Positions 10,278 through 20,968 are shown, numbered from the stretch's first letter. The stretch: DNA of 64,000 bases from Bifidobacterium breve (GCA_945898065.1 CAMDHH010000001.1:9427-73426), one strand, 5' to 3'. Program-made: numbers and translations. Notes: generated from the sequence alone by a model not told the origin.

Positions 10278-11150
10278 CGGAAGCGCCTCTGAAAGATGAG
10301 GGTAATCAAAAATAAATCCAGCATCGAGTAGTCCTTGTGGGATTACTTTCTTTGAGCCCAAAATTTCACTTGAAAAGCCACCGAATGCGATTTTGAGTGC
10401 AATGGCCGGGGCAGGAAATAGTGCGGGGCGATGAAGCGCTCGAGCAAGTGCGCTTGTAAATTCTTGATTAGTTACTGGATTGGGTGAAGTCAGATTGAGA
10501 GGTCCAGAAATATCGTTTTCTAGAGCGAAAACAATTGCTCGTATTTGATCGTGCAAGGTAATCCATGACCACCATTGCTTTCCATTACCTAACTTTCCAC
10601 CAAGTCCGAATCTAAACAGTGGCAACATGCGGCCGAGTGCTCCACCTGTTGGATCAAGGACCAAACCTGTACGAATTTTTACAGTGCGAACATTTCCAGC
10701 AAGATCTGCGGCACTTTCCCATTCGCGACAGACTGCGGCTAGAAAATCATCGCCAGACTTATCGGATTCAACAACTGAACGATTTCCACTCTCTCCATAC
10801 CAGCCAATTGCACTAGCGGAGATAAATACTTGAGGCTTTACAACTGCTACTGCTTGTGCGATTGCAGTTGTTCCAAGTAAACGTGAATTGAGAATTTGGC
10901 TTTTGTATTTTTTCGTCCAACGCTTATCGCCAACACCTACGCCAGCTAAATGAATTACAGCATCGACTCCAGCTAGCGCATCTGTATTTACATAACCAGT
11001 TTGCGGATCCCATTGAATTTCATCTGGTGACACTGTCGCTCTGCGAACAAGGCGCTGGACTGTATGTCCTTCACTCTTTAGATGACCAACGAGTGCTGTG
11101 CCAATCAAACCGGAGGAACCGGTGATTGCAATTCTCTGTGGGACAGCCAT
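10260..11150 (-). CDS. TIGR01777 family NAD-dependent epimerase/oxidoreductase
   Basis: TGSSGLIG, ASAIGWYG, FLAAVCREWE, LGNGKQWWSWI; syntenic with dlaT. Confidence 0.93.
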   Translation of the reverse strand: MAVPQRIAITGSSGLIGTALVGHLKSEGHTVQRLVRRATVSPDEIQWDPQTGYVNTDALAGVDAVIHLAGVGVGDKRWTKKYKSQILNSRLLGTTAIAQAVAVVKPQVFISASAIGWYGESGNRSVVESDKSGDDFLAAVCREWESAADLAGNVRTVKIRTGLVLDPTGGALGRMLPLFRFGLGGKLGNGKQWWSWITLHDQIRAIVFALENDISGPLNLTSPNPVTNQEFTSALARALHRPALFPAPAIALKIAFGGFSSEILGSKKVIPQGLLDAGFIFDYPHLSEALPLLIED

Positions 11151-11156
11151 GAAGAG

Positions 11157-12818
11157 TTAGAGACCCAAATCAGATTCGAATGCTCCACCTTCAAGACGCT
11201 CTTTGAGCGTTACAAGGAAACGTGCAGCATCTGCGCCATCTACAACGCGGTGATCATATGAAAGACCAAGGTAGACCATGGAGCGAATTGCAATTGTCTC
11301 TCCGCCATCTTCGCCCTTTACAACCATTGGACGCTTTACGACTGCACCAAGACCAAGGATTGCAACTTGTGGTTGATTGATAATTGGTGTGTCAAAGAGT
11401 GCTCCGCGACTTCCTGTATTTGTCAGCGTAAATGTTCCACCACCGAGTTCATCAGGAGTTACTTTGTTATCGCGTGTACGAGCTGCAAGATCTGCAATCT
11501 TTCGTGCAACGCCACCCATATTCAAATCACCGGCATTGTGAATAACTGGAACTAGTAGTCCGCGCTCGGTATCTACAGCAACACCAAGGTGTTCTGCACC
11601 GTGATAAGTGATCTGATCGCCTTCAACGGAGGAGTTGAGCACAGGATGTTGCTTGAGTGCTTCACATACTGCAACTGCAAAGAATGGAAGGTATGAAAGC
11701 TTTACGCCCTCACGTGCTTCAAATGTTGCCTTTGCGCGATCGCGTAGTCGAGAAATCTTTGTAACATCGACTTCAATAACTGTTGTGAGTTGTGCACTTA
11801 CTTGAAGTGATTCAACCATGCGAGATGCAATAACTTTGCGAAGTCGAGACATTGTCACAGTTGTTCCGCGAAGTGGTGATGTTGCGACAAGTGCTGGTCG
11901 CGCAGCAGATGGCGCTGATGCAACAGGTGCCACTGCTTGTGCAACGGGTGCACTCTTTGGCGCTGCTGCAACTAAATCTTCTTTACGAATACGACCACCA
12001 ATGCCGGTGCCCTTAACAGTTGCAAGATTTACTCCGAGTTCATTAGCAAGTTTGCGAACTAGGGGAGTGACATAAGCATCGGCCGGTTGTGAAATAGGCG
12101 CTTGTGCTACAGGAGCCGCAGCAACTGGCGCGACAACAACTGGCGCGACAACAACTGGAGCAGCAACAACAGGAGCAGCAACAACAGGAGCAGGAGGTGG
12201 TGGAGTTGGCGCAGCAGCAACTGGAGCATTTGCGCCACCGATAAGACCCAGACGTGCACCGACTGGAACAGTTGTATCAACTGCTACATCGATAGCAAGA
12301 AGAGTTCCTGCAACAGGAGATGGAATCTCTGTATCCACTTTGTCTGTTGAAACTTCAAGGAGTGCTTCATCAACTGCAACAGAGTCACCAATATTTTTTA
12401 GCCAACGTGTAACAGTTCCCTCACTCACGCTCTCACCAAGTGCTGGCATTGTGATGACAGTGCCAGATCCTGATGCAGCAGGAGCAGCAACTGGTGCTGC
12501 AGGAGGTGGAGTTGGTGCAACAACAGGTGCAACGGGAGCTGCTGCAACTGGTGCAGTGGGTGCAGGTGTTGATACTCCAGCGTTATCGGCGATGATTGCA
12601 AGTTCTGCGCCAACAGCAACAGTTTGATCAATTCCAACAACAATTTTTGTAAGGATTCCTGCAACGGGGGAAGGAATCTCTGTATCTACTTTGTCAGTTG
12701 ATACTTCAAGGAGTGGTTCATCGACATTGACATGATCGCCTTCAGCTTTGAGCCAACGTGTAACAGTTCCTTCACTCACGCTCTCGCCGAGTGCTGGCAT
12801 AGTGACTGAGAATGTCAT
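11157..12818 (-). CDS. sucB: 2-oxoacid dehydrogenase E2 (dihydrolipoamide acyltransferase DlaT/SucB), two lipoyl domains
   Basis: Two [13 protein letters not shown]...[12 protein letters not shown] lipoyl domains, E3-binding domain, DHRVVDG catalytic motif. Confidence 0.95.
   Translation of the reverse strand: MTFSVTMPALGESVSEGTVTRWLKAEGDHVNVDEPLLEVSTDKVDTEIPSPVAGILTKIVVGIDQTVAVGAELAIIADNAGVSTPAPTAPVAAAPVAPVVAPTPPPAAPVAAPAASGSGTVITMPALGESVSEGTVTRWLKNIGDSVAVDEALLEVSTDKVDTEIPSPVAGTLLAIDVAVDTTVPVGARLGLIGGANAPVAAAPTPPPPAPVVAAPVVAAPVVVAPVVVAPVAAAPVAQAPISQPADAYVTPLVRKLANELGVNLATVKGTGIGGRIRKEDLVAAAPKSAPVAQAVAPVASAPSAARPALVATSPLRGTTVTMSRLRKVIASRMVESLQVSAQLTTVIEVDVTKISRLRDRAKATFEAREGVKLSYLPFFAVAVCEALKQHPVLNSSVEGDQITYHGAEHLGVAVDTERGLLVPVIHNAGDLNMGGVARKIADLAARTRDNKVTPDELGGGTFTLTNTGSRGALFDTPIINQPQVAILGLGAVVKRPMVVKGEDGGETIAIRSMVYLGLSYDHRVVDGADAARFLVTLKERLEGGAFESDLGL
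12122..12195. repeat. 15-bp tandem repeat (about 5 units) encoding the Ala/Pro/Val linker of E2
   Basis: caactggcgcgacaa x2, caactggagcagcaa, caacaggagcagcaa, caacaggagcagga; encodes [10 protein letters not shown] repeats. Confidence 0.85.
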
Positions 12819-12833
12819 AGTTATTTCTCCCCG

Positions 12834-14201
12834 TTATCCGTGTGCATGAAGCGGTTTACCTGCGAGTGCCATATGTGCTTCACCCATTGCTTCAGAAAGC
12901 GTTGGGTGTGCGTGAATCAATGGAGCAACATCGGCAGCCGATGCTTCCCAATTGAAAATAAGTTCTGCTTCAGCAAGTAGTTCGCCAACTCGTGCACCGA
13001 CCATATGAATTCCCAAAACTGGTCCATCCTTTTGCGCAACAAGTTTGATTGAACCTGCAGTACGCAAAATTTGTGCCTTTCCATTTCCGGCTAAGTCGTA
13101 GTTGAGTTCAACAACATCGTAACCGCGCTCTTTTGCAATGGCAGTCGTTAGTCCAACGGATGCAACTTCAGGCTCTGAATATGTAACGCGAGGTACACCG
13201 TCATAATTGATAGCGCGAGGGTTGAGTCCGGCAATCTCTTCTGCAACCAAGATGCCTTCAGCAAAACCAACGTGCGCTAATTGAAGTGTTGGGATCAAAT
13301 CTCCAACTGCCCATATTCCAGGAATATTTGTGCGGCATTTATCATCGACTAAAACATATCCGCGATCCATAGTGATGCCTTGTGCCTCATAGCCAAGGTT
13401 GGCCGATACGGGGCCGCGACCAACGGCGACGAGAAGAATCTCGGCGGTGAATGTTTTGCCATCTTCTAGTGTCACAGTGACACCATCGGCTGTAACAGCA
13501 TGTGACTTGAAACGGGTTCCAAGTTCAAAATTGATTCCACGCTTTCTAAATGCGCGCTCTAATTGCTTACTTGAAGATTCATCTTCTAGTGGAACTAGAT
13601 GGGCAAGGCCCTCAATAATTGTTACATCGCTACCAAATGATTTCCAGACAGATGCAAATTCAGAACCAATTACTCCGCCGCCTAGAACGATGACACTCTT
13701 CGGTACGTAATCCAACTTCGTCGCGTGATCTGAAGTCATAATCTTTACGCCATCAATTTCTAGACCAGGCAATGAACGTGCATAGGAACCTGTTGCAAGA
13801 ATGATGTTTTTGCCAGTTATCTTCTCGCCATTGACTTCAATAGTGTCTTTTGCAACGAGCTTTCCGTGACCTTCGATATATGTAATGTTTCGAGACTTCA
13901 CGAGACCTTGCAGACCTTTATGTAATTTTGAAATAACACCGTCTTTATAACTATTGACTGCTGGCATATCCATGGAAAGGAATTGAGCGTTGACTCCGAA
14001 GTGGCTCGCATCGCGGGCTCCATCAGCAATCTCGCCTGAGTGAAGTAGCGCCTTTGTTGGGATACATCCGCGGTGTAAACAAGTTCCACCTAATTTATCT
14101 GCTTCGATCAGAGCGACGCTGAGGCCAAGTTGTGCGCTTCGAAGTGCGCATGCATAACCGCCGCTGCCGCCGCCAAGAATTACTAGATCGAAAACCGACA
14201 C
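12834..14201 (-). CDS. lpdA: Dihydrolipoamide dehydrogenase
   Basis: GGGSGG, GGTCLHRGCIP redox disulfide, HAHPTLSE. Confidence 0.97.
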   Translation of the reverse strand: MSVFDLVILGGGSGGYACALRSAQLGLSVALIEADKLGGTCLHRGCIPTKALLHSGEIADGARDASHFGVNAQFLSMDMPAVNSYKDGVISKLHKGLQGLVKSRNITYIEGHGKLVAKDTIEVNGEKITGKNIILATGSYARSLPGLEIDGVKIMTSDHATKLDYVPKSVIVLGGGVIGSEFASVWKSFGSDVTIIEGLAHLVPLEDESSSKQLERAFRKRGINFELGTRFKSHAVTADGVTVTLEDGKTFTAEILLVAVGRGPVSANLGYEAQGITMDRGYVLVDDKCRTNIPGIWAVGDLIPTLQLAHVGFAEGILVAEEIAGLNPRAINYDGVPRVTYSEPEVASVGLTTAIAKERGYDVVELNYDLAGNGKAQILRTAGSIKLVAQKDGPVLGIHMVGARVGELLAEAELIFNWEASAADVAPLIHAHPTLSEAMGEAHMALAGKPLHAHG

Positions 14202-14258
14202 ATCAAACTCCCATCACCATCGAGTGGTACTTACCTATCCTGCCAGTCTTGGCTCAGA

Positions 14259-15752
14259 TTACCGAACTGCGGCCTGCTCGGCGAGAACGAGGAGTGAACG
14301 CATTGCCACTCCTGTGCCCCCTACTGGTGTGTAGCCATGTGCTTTTGCATCGTTGAAGGCTGGACCTGCGATATCTAAATGCAGCCATGGGAGTTGGGCG
14401 CTGATGAATTCTTTGAGGAATAGACCTGCAACCAACATTCCACCCATTCGATCACCGATGTTTGCAATATCTGCAACTGGTGAATCAAGTGATGCACGTA
14501 ACTCTTCAGGTAGAGGCATTGGCCAGAATGCTTCGCCACTGAGCGCACTTGCCTTCAAAAATTCTTCTCTAAATTTTTCGTTATTTGTCATCGCGGCGCT
14601 AGTGCGAGTTCCGAGTGCAACTACTTGTGCGCCAGTCAAAGTTGCAACATCGATAATCCCATCAAGTTTAGGATTTACTTTCTGGGCCTTCATTAGCGCA
14701 TCAGCAAGTACTAACCGACCTTCTGCATCTGGATTGAGGACTTCAACCGTTTTACCACCAAATATTGTGATGATGTCACTTGGACGAGTTGCATTATCGC
14801 TGACCATATTTTCGGCAAGTGGCGCCCATGCATCAATTGCAATTGGAAGTTTCAGCGTTGCGATAGCAAGAACAGCGGCACATACAGCTGCCGCACCGCT
14901 CATATCTGATTTCATCGCCTCCATACCTTGAGCAGGTTTGAGTGCGAGGCCGCCAGTATCAAATGTGATTCCTTTACCAACGAATGCATAACTCTTCTTT
15001 GGCTTGAGCGGCGAATAAGAAATGTGCATCAAACGTGGGGGATTAGCTGAACCTTGTCCAACTCCAATGATTCCACCGAAGCCTTGTGATTTGAGTTGCT
15101 TCTCATCCCAGATCGTAACTTTCAAACGAGCTTTCGCACCACCTGCACTCTTCACAGCGGCACTGACCTTTTTCGTAAATGAATCTGGAGTCAAATGACT
15201 TGGTGGAGTATTGATGAGGTCTCGAACAAGGTGTGTGTACTGTGCAATTATTTGCGCGCGTTCGGCGATATCTTTTGATTCCTTCTTTGGCGCTAAAGCG
15301 CTGTGAATAGTTATATTTGAAAGAGGTGCTTTCTGTTCATTTTTTGATGTACCGCGAAATTCGGTAAAGGCATATGCACCAAGTGCAGCGCCTTCGGCAA
15401 TTGCTGCCAGTGATTCTTGGTTCGGAGTTGGAAGTGCAAAAGTTGCACTTTTCGTTCCATCTAGTGCGCGCGATGCTGCGCCTGCTGCGCGACGAAGTGT
15501 TTCATGGCTATAGGCACTTGACTTAGCGCCAAGCCCGGTAAAGACGAGCACTCGTACAAAGCTACTTGGAATTTTTACGATTTCATCAACTTTGCCTGTT
15601 GCACCCATATCACTAAGGAGTGCAAGTAGAGCCTTCGCATCTATAGATAAGTCACCGGCTTCAATAGCAATCCCGCCTTTGGGATTACTTGCGAGACCGA
15701 TTACTAAAACATCATCTTTTACGATTCCATCAGAGAGGCGAATTTTAGACAT
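14259..15752 (-). CDS. pepA: Leucyl aminopeptidase (M17)
   Basis: GKGITFDTGG, MKSDMSGAA, NPDAEGRL, WLHLDIAG. Confidence 0.96.
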   Translation of the reverse strand: MSKIRLSDGIVKDDVLVIGLASNPKGGIAIEAGDLSIDAKALLALLSDMGATGKVDEIVKIPSSFVRVLVFTGLGAKSSAYSHETLRRAAGAASRALDGTKSATFALPTPNQESLAAIAEGAALGAYAFTEFRGTSKNEQKAPLSNITIHSALAPKKESKDIAERAQIIAQYTHLVRDLINTPPSHLTPDSFTKKVSAAVKSAGGAKARLKVTIWDEKQLKSQGFGGIIGVGQGSANPPRLMHISYSPLKPKKSYAFVGKGITFDTGGLALKPAQGMEAMKSDMSGAAAVCAAVLAIATLKLPIAIDAWAPLAENMVSDNATRPSDIITIFGGKTVEVLNPDAEGRLVLADALMKAQKVNPKLDGIIDVATLTGAQVVALGTRTSAAMTNNEKFREEFLKASALSGEAFWPMPLPEELRASLDSPVADIANIGDRMGGMLVAGLFLKEFISAQLPWLHLDIAGPAFNDAKAHGYTPVGGTGVAMRSLLVLAEQAAVR

Positions 15753-15804
15753 GAGCAGAGCCTAATAGAGAGGCAAGCAGAATTCATATTGCTAGATTGG
15801 CGCA

Positions 15805-16893
15805 ATGAAGAATTCACCCCTCCACGATAAGCATCTTGCCCTCAATGCCAAAATGGCTGACTTTGGTGGCTGGCTCATGCCTATTGAATATCCAGGAGCA
15901 GGCGTTCTAGCCGAACATAGCGCTGTTCGTGAATCGGTTGGAATATTTGATGTTTCTCATTTAGGTAAAGCATCCGTGCGCGGAGTAGGTGCACTTGAAT
16001 TTCTCAATGCAACTTTTACAAATGATCTGGGTCGCATCACAGATGGCATGGCTCAATACACAATGCTGTGCACGCCGCAGGGTGGAGTAGTTGATGACCT
16101 CATTGTTTATCGAAACAGTGCGCAAGACCTCTTTCTTGTTCCCAATGCATCCAACACTTCCGCAGTAGTAGATGTTTTGGCCAAGAGCGCACCAGCAGGA
16201 ATCGTGGTTGAAAATCTTCATGAATCATTTGCCGTGATCGCGGTACAGGGCCCTAAGTCTGCAGATGTACTTGCAGTGCTCGGAATAAAATCCGATATTG
16301 ATTACATGAGTTTTTCCCATGTAACTATTGGTAAGAAGGATGTGATCTTGTGTCGCACTGGATACACCGGAGAATTTGGTTACGAACTACTTCCTGCATG
16401 GAGCGACGCATCCGATGTGTGGGATGCCCTTGTGGAAATTATTACTCCCATGGGTGGGCAAGTATGTGGACTCGGAGCGCGCGACACATTGCGCACAGAA
16501 ATGGGCTATCCACTTCACGGTCACGAATTGAGTTTAGAAATTTCACCAGTTGAAGGTGGCGCACCATGGGCAGTTGGCTGGAAGAAGCCAAGCTTTATTG
16601 GAAGCGAGATATTGCGCGGACAAAAAGATGAGGGCGCTCCTCGTGTGATGCATGCTCTCGTCTCACTTGATCGCGGTATTCCACGGGCGCATATGAGTGT
16701 CAAAAGTCAGACCGGCGAAGTACTTGGTGAAATCACAAGTGGGACATTTTCGCCATCACTCAAGAAGGGAATCGCACTAGCGCTTCTCTCGCCCTCTGTC
16801 TCTATTGGCGATCACGTGATCATCGATGTTCGAGGGCGCGACTCAATTGCCGAAGTTACTAAAGCGCCTTTAGTTCCTTCGCGCGTTCGATAG
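15805..16893 (+). CDS. gcvT: Glycine cleavage aminomethyltransferase T
   Basis: FGGWLMP, FDVSHLG, RTGYTGEFGYE, GLGARDTLRTEMG. Confidence 0.96.
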   Translation: MKNSPLHDKHLALNAKMADFGGWLMPIEYPGAGVLAEHSAVRESVGIFDVSHLGKASVRGVGALEFLNATFTNDLGRITDGMAQYTMLCTPQGGVVDDLIVYRNSAQDLFLVPNASNTSAVVDVLAKSAPAGIVVENLHESFAVIAVQGPKSADVLAVLGIKSDIDYMSFSHVTIGKKDVILCRTGYTGEFGYELLPAWSDASDVWDALVEIITPMGGQVCGLGARDTLRTEMGYPLHGHELSLEISPVEGGAPWAVGWKKPSFIGSEILRGQKDEGAPRVMHALVSLDRGIPRAHMSVKSQTGEVLGEITSGTFSPSLKKGIALALLSPSVSIGDHVIIDVRGRDSIAEVTKAPLVPSRVR

Positions 16894-17689
16894 CGGCGTT
16901 TTTACTATCTACGAATTCAATTGGCGTCACAAATGCTGCTCTAAATTTTGTTCTACGAAGTGCTCCAAGTATCGCGGGGGCACTAAGAATTATCAGCGTA
17001 CTGGTAAGAATTGCACGAGGAATATCCCAGGCCATTGAAGTAGCAAAATGAAAAACAATAAATCGATTGAGATTAGTAGCAATATCACCATTGGGGATGT
17101 AGGAAAGTTGAGTCTCCAGACCCAGTGCCCACGGCCAAAATTGAAGATCCATCAAGAGTCCGAAAATCAATGATGCTGCTATCGCGTAAAGGACCAACAT
17201 AAATATTTCAGGCTTCCTTCGAATCTTCTTTGGTAACCAACCTGCAAAGAGTCCAATCCAACCTGCTGCAAATAATTGATAACCAAGCCATGGGCCGATA
17301 CCGCCAGTGAGTAATGCAGATGTAAGAATTGATGTGAGTCCCAAAATAAATCCAAAGGATGAACCAAAGACACGTGCGCTCAAAATAAGAAGAAACCACA
17401 TCGGCTCAATACCAACAGCGCCTGCACCGAGGGGACGCAGCGCGGCAACAGCTGCGGTGAGAACACCAAGGAGGGCAATAGATTTTGCATCTAAGGAGTC
17501 ATTGCTTATTTCAACAATGACCAACGCAATCGCAAAGGCTGATGCCGCCCAAAAAAAGATGGACGCCACAGAAACTGACTTTGCATTGATAAGGAATGGC
17601 CACATAAAGCCGCATGCACTTACGGCCGAAGTGAGTGAAAGAACGAATAAAGTTCGCGGGCGAAAACGTACTAACGCAGAAGTTTTCAT
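16859..17689 (-). CDS. ECF transporter substrate-specific (S) component, cobalamin-type
   Basis: Multi-TM protein; KSIALLGVL, GIEPMWFLLIL, GGIGPWLGYQ, TSMAWDIPRA; ATGA overlap with the ATPase stop; last gene of the riboswitch operon. Confidence 0.85.
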   Translation of the reverse strand: MKTSALVRFRPRTLFVLSLTSAVSACGFMWPFLINAKSVSVASIFFWAASAFAIALVIVEISNDSLDAKSIALLGVLTAAVAALRPLGAGAVGIEPMWFLLILSARVFGSSFGFILGLTSILTSALLTGGIGPWLGYQLFAAGWIGLFAGWLPKKIRRKPEIFMLVLYAIAASLIFGLLMDLQFWPWALGLETQLSYIPNGDIATNLNRFIVFHFATSMAWDIPRAILTSTLIILSAPAILGALRRTKFRAAFVTPIEFVDSKNAAIERAKELKAL

Positions 17690-19293
17690 TGATTCACTTG
17701 CAAAGCGTTGATGACATCTTTTACAGTCAACCAAGGTTGCGGAGACATAACCTTCGCTACTTGTGGCGCAAATGCGGGGGACGAGAGAAGTACATCCAAT
17801 GTTTTGCCATCAGCAACGCAGTCGCCATCAGCTAAAAATATGACTCGAGTTGCAAGTTCTGCAACGAGTTCAACATCGTGCGTTGCAAGAATTACAGTTC
17901 GGCCCAGAATTCTGGCATAGCGCAAGAGAGTGCTTACTAAGTGGCTCTTTGCTTGATAGTCCAAACCTCTTGTTGGTTCATCCAAAATCAAAACTTTAGG
18001 TTTTGCAGAGAGGGCAACGCTAAGAGCAAGTGCTAAGCGTTGACCCTCCGATAAATCCCGTGGATGTGTATGTGGTGAGATACCGGGAACGAGTTCGTTC
18101 AAAAGTTCAAAGGTCGTACCTTCTGCAATCTCATTATCAACATCGGCCTGTTGACACTCCATGATCACACTTTGTCCGTAAAGGAGATCACTTGGTTCCT
18201 GCGGGATAAAACCAATAGTTTCGCGTCGCTTTGAACCCGAAATTGTGAGTGGGTTATTGCCTAAGACCGAAACGGTTCCAGAGGTGGCTTCATGGAGTCC
18301 AACAATAGTTTTGAGGAGCGAACTTTTGCCTGCGCCATTGCGACCCATCAGCGCTATAACTTCCCCTGCACATATTTCTATATCAATATCTTTGAGAACG
18401 CTCTTGCTTGAAAAAGAGAGAGATAGATCGGAAATTTCAATTACAGTTTTATTTGGGGTTACAAGTTTTTCGATTGAGTGGGAGTAACTTCCACCACGAA
18501 TTTGCTCACTCATTCGACGCATATCACGCACAGTGAGTCCGACATCTTCTAGGCCGAGGGCTCGCGCTAAGTGAACTATCGGTGGCGCAATATCGGAATC
18601 ACTCATTATTTGAGCAGGAGTTCCAACTCGAGCATTTCCTGAACCATCGATGTGTACGATGCGATCTGCAAATTGAATTACGCGCTCTAATCTATGTTCA
18701 GCGACAATAACGGTGAGACCAAGATCGTGTACCAGCCGGTGCAAAATAGAGAGAACTTCCTCTGCTGCAATTGGGTCCAGTGCACTCGTCGGTTCATCAA
18801 GTACTAAAACTTTCGGATGCATCACCAATGCACTGCCAATTGCTACACGTTGTTGCTCGCCACCGCTCAGTGTTGCAAGTGAGCGTTCTCGAAGCGGAGC
18901 CAAACTCATGAGATCTAGAATCTCTTCAACTCTTTTGCGCATTACATCGGGAGCGATATTGAGTGATTCCATTCCAAATGCAAGCTCTTCTTCAACGGTA
19001 TCTGTTACAAAACCATTGACAGGATTTTGACCAACAATTCCGATGAGATGGGCTAAACCACCTGGCTTTACTGTTTGGGTAGAGATGCCATCAACGCTGA
19101 TATCACCAGCCAAAATTCCACCGGTGTGATGGGGAACTAGACCATTGATGAGTCGCAATAAGGAGGATTTCCCTGAACCTGTTGGACCAATGACGAGAAC
19201 GAATTCGCCTTCATCTATTGTGAGTGAAAGGTTTTCTAATACTGTTTTAGTCGAATTGGGATAAATGAGTGAGACTGAGGCAAAAGTAATCAT
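17686..19293 (-). CDS. ECF transporter fused double ATPase
   Basis: Two Walker A motifs (GPTGSGKS, GRNGAGKS); LSGGEQQR/LSEGQR signatures; LDEPT twice. Confidence 0.93.
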   Translation of the reverse strand: MITFASVSLIYPNSTKTVLENLSLTIDEGEFVLVIGPTGSGKSSLLRLINGLVPHHTGGILAGDISVDGISTQTVKPGGLAHLIGIVGQNPVNGFVTDTVEEELAFGMESLNIAPDVMRKRVEEILDLMSLAPLRERSLATLSGGEQQRVAIGSALVMHPKVLVLDEPTSALDPIAAEEVLSILHRLVHDLGLTVIVAEHRLERVIQFADRIVHIDGSGNARVGTPAQIMSDSDIAPPIVHLARALGLEDVGLTVRDMRRMSEQIRGGSYSHSIEKLVTPNKTVIEISDLSLSFSSKSVLKDIDIEICAGEVIALMGRNGAGKSSLLKTIVGLHEATSGTVSVLGNNPLTISGSKRRETIGFIPQEPSDLLYGQSVIMECQQADVDNEIAEGTTFELLNELVPGISPHTHPRDLSEGQRLALALSVALSAKPKVLILDEPTRGLDYQAKSHLVSTLLRYARILGRTVILATHDVELVAELATRVIFLADGDCVADGKTLDVLLSSPAFAPQVAKVMSPQPWLTVKDVINALQVNQ

Positions 19294-20090
19294 GAGAGGG
19301 GCACCGCAACTCTGCGCTTTATCAGAAGAAATGGCGTTGCGACGCTGAGCAATGCAAGTGCGGGGGAGAGAAGCGAGAGTGCACTAACCGCGATGACGAG
19401 TGAGTCACCTGGGTTCCATGAAATGGCACGGTATCGAGAGCGAACTCGGGTAGAGCCATAGCCGCGTGAATCCATAGCAGCAGCAAGATCTAATGATCGT
19501 GCAAGAGATTCTTCAAGAAGTGGAATCAATATTTTTTTGAAGGAGAGTTTCTGACCACGAAGATACTGAGCATCCTTAATTCTTGAAATACTTCTCACAA
19601 ATTGTGGAACAAGTGAGGTCGCAATTACCAGCGCTAATCCAAATTGGTAAATTGCGAAAGGCAGAACACGCAGGAGGCGATGGGGGCTTGTGAGAGAAGA
19701 AGCTGCTGAGAAGAGAATGATTATCCCCGCAAGAATTACACCTTCACGAGCTGTTGAAAATAATCTCTCTTGCGTTACAGCGCCACCGATTCGAATTCCG
19801 GCCATCCAATCAGGAAGTGGAAGTATCGGGAGTCGAATAATTGTCGTTCCTGGAATTGGAGTGCCAATGAGAATTCCAAAGCTTGTGCGAATAATGAGAA
19901 TCCAAAGCCCAAGTTTTAGCCCTGATTCAAAACTTCGAGACCAGGGAGCATCGCTTCGAAATGTTCGAACAACTAAATACGCGCAACCCACTACGGCAAT
20001 CGCTAGCCAAGGATTATTTCCTCGGGCAATTCCAATAGCCAGGGCAATAGACCAGATCCACCAGGTAAGTGGGTGGCGCGTATCTGTCAT
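19290..20090 (-). CDS. ECF transporter T component (EcfT/CbiQ family)
   Basis: AQYLRG and AMDSRGYG Arg motifs; TM helices. Confidence 0.9.
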   Translation of the reverse strand: MTDTRHPLTWWIWSIALAIGIARGNNPWLAIAVVGCAYLVVRTFRSDAPWSRSFESGLKLGLWILIIRTSFGILIGTPIPGTTIIRLPILPLPDWMAGIRIGGAVTQERLFSTAREGVILAGIIILFSAASSLTSPHRLLRVLPFAIYQFGLALVIATSLVPQFVRSISRIKDAQYLRGQKLSFKKILIPLLEESLARSLDLAAAMDSRGYGSTRVRSRYRAISWNPGDSLVIAVSALSLLSPALALLSVATPFLLIKRRVAVPLS

Positions 20091-20094
20091 CTAG

Positions 20095-20640
20095 TTATGA
20101 TTTTTTCTTTGGCAAAAGTGCTTTAGGGGTATCGACTTCAATTCCACACTCTTTTGCTGGATATCCATTGATTCCGCAGATCAATCCTGAAGCTTCTGCT
20201 CTAATTTTCGCTGCTGCCGCTAAAACATCTGCGCCAATAGATTTTGTATCAGTGACGATGCAGTTCTTGATTATTGATGGAGTTTTTTCATCTTTTGGTC
20301 GTAGAAAGGCAGAACCGAAATCAATGACTAACCCGATTCTTTTTTTACCAGCAACGGCCTTTGTTTTTCCGCATAGATACCTAAATGATGGAACAACGCG
20401 GGGTTTGGCCGCATCTGGCACTGTGTCACCAGAAAAGGTGAATGCCCACCCTTCAACGGAGCCATCGGCAACGATTGTCGTTGGACCTGTTTGTGCGTAT
20501 GACCATTCTGATTTTCCAGGGGCGCTCTGGTAGTAACCCCAATATCTATAGCCTTTATCTGCAGCACTACTTGCTGGAATTGTTATTACTGAAGTTGCTA
20601 AGAATGTAGCAACTGTTAGTACGTACATAAATTTTCTCAT
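20095..20640 (-). CDS. Secreted SCO2322-family protein (probable accessory cobalamin-binding component)
   Basis: Signal peptide; GYRYWGYY, DGSVEGWAF, KRIGLVIDFG, GLICGINGYPAKECG; first gene after the riboswitch. Confidence 0.8.
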   Translation of the reverse strand: MRKFMYVLTVATFLATSVITIPASSAADKGYRYWGYYQSAPGKSEWSYAQTGPTTIVADGSVEGWAFTFSGDTVPDAAKPRVVPSFRYLCGKTKAVAGKKRIGLVIDFGSAFLRPKDEKTPSIIKNCIVTDTKSIGADVLAAAAKIRAEASGLICGINGYPAKECGIEVDTPKALLPKKKS

Positions 20641-20768
20641 TACTGTGGAGCCTCTCAATAAAAAGGGAGTCTCACAGGGGCAGAACCAAACTTGGGTGAC
20701 AAATCGTCACTAGCGTAAGGACTACACCCCGCAAACCTCGGCGGGTGTCTGTCAAAAACAATCATCAT

Positions 20769-20870
20769 CTTCAGGTAATCCGACTTAGCTATCTCGATAT
20801 CGAGAGGCCTTACGGTTGCGGGTCAGCCTCGGAATTGCACCGAAATTCCCCTAAAGAGCGATCTATGAAG
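20769..20870 (-). ncRNA. Cobalamin riboswitch
   Basis: Minus strand: CTTCA...AGGGGAATTTCGGTGCAATTCCGAGGCTGACCCGCAACCGTAAG...AAGTCGGATTACCTGAAG; GGGAA junction, T-loop hairpin, CCCGCAACxGT and B12-box-like 3' end; terminal CTTCA/TGAAG helix; upstream of an ECF operon. Confidence 0.9.
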
Positions 20871-20968
20871 TTGTGGCGTAACCAAACCATAGTCAATGGG
20901 ACTTGGCAACACGGCACGCACGCTTTAGAGTCAGGGCGTCAAATTGTTCACATACGAGGGAGTTAGTC

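Noticed and set aside
12122-12195. Regular 15-bp repeats as a possible CRISPR-like or contingency array
   Set aside because: In-frame tandem units without spacers encoding the ordinary Ala/Pro linker of E2; no cas genes nearby.
12240-12810. Long direct repeat within sucB/dlaT
   Set aside because: Explained by the two lipoyl domains typical of actinobacterial DlaT.
14353-14931. Long antisense or alternate-frame ORFs (e.g. 14353-14931, 54578-55117, 20069-20533, 4887-5285)
   Set aside because: They shadow well-supported genes and show no recognisable motifs or start signals.
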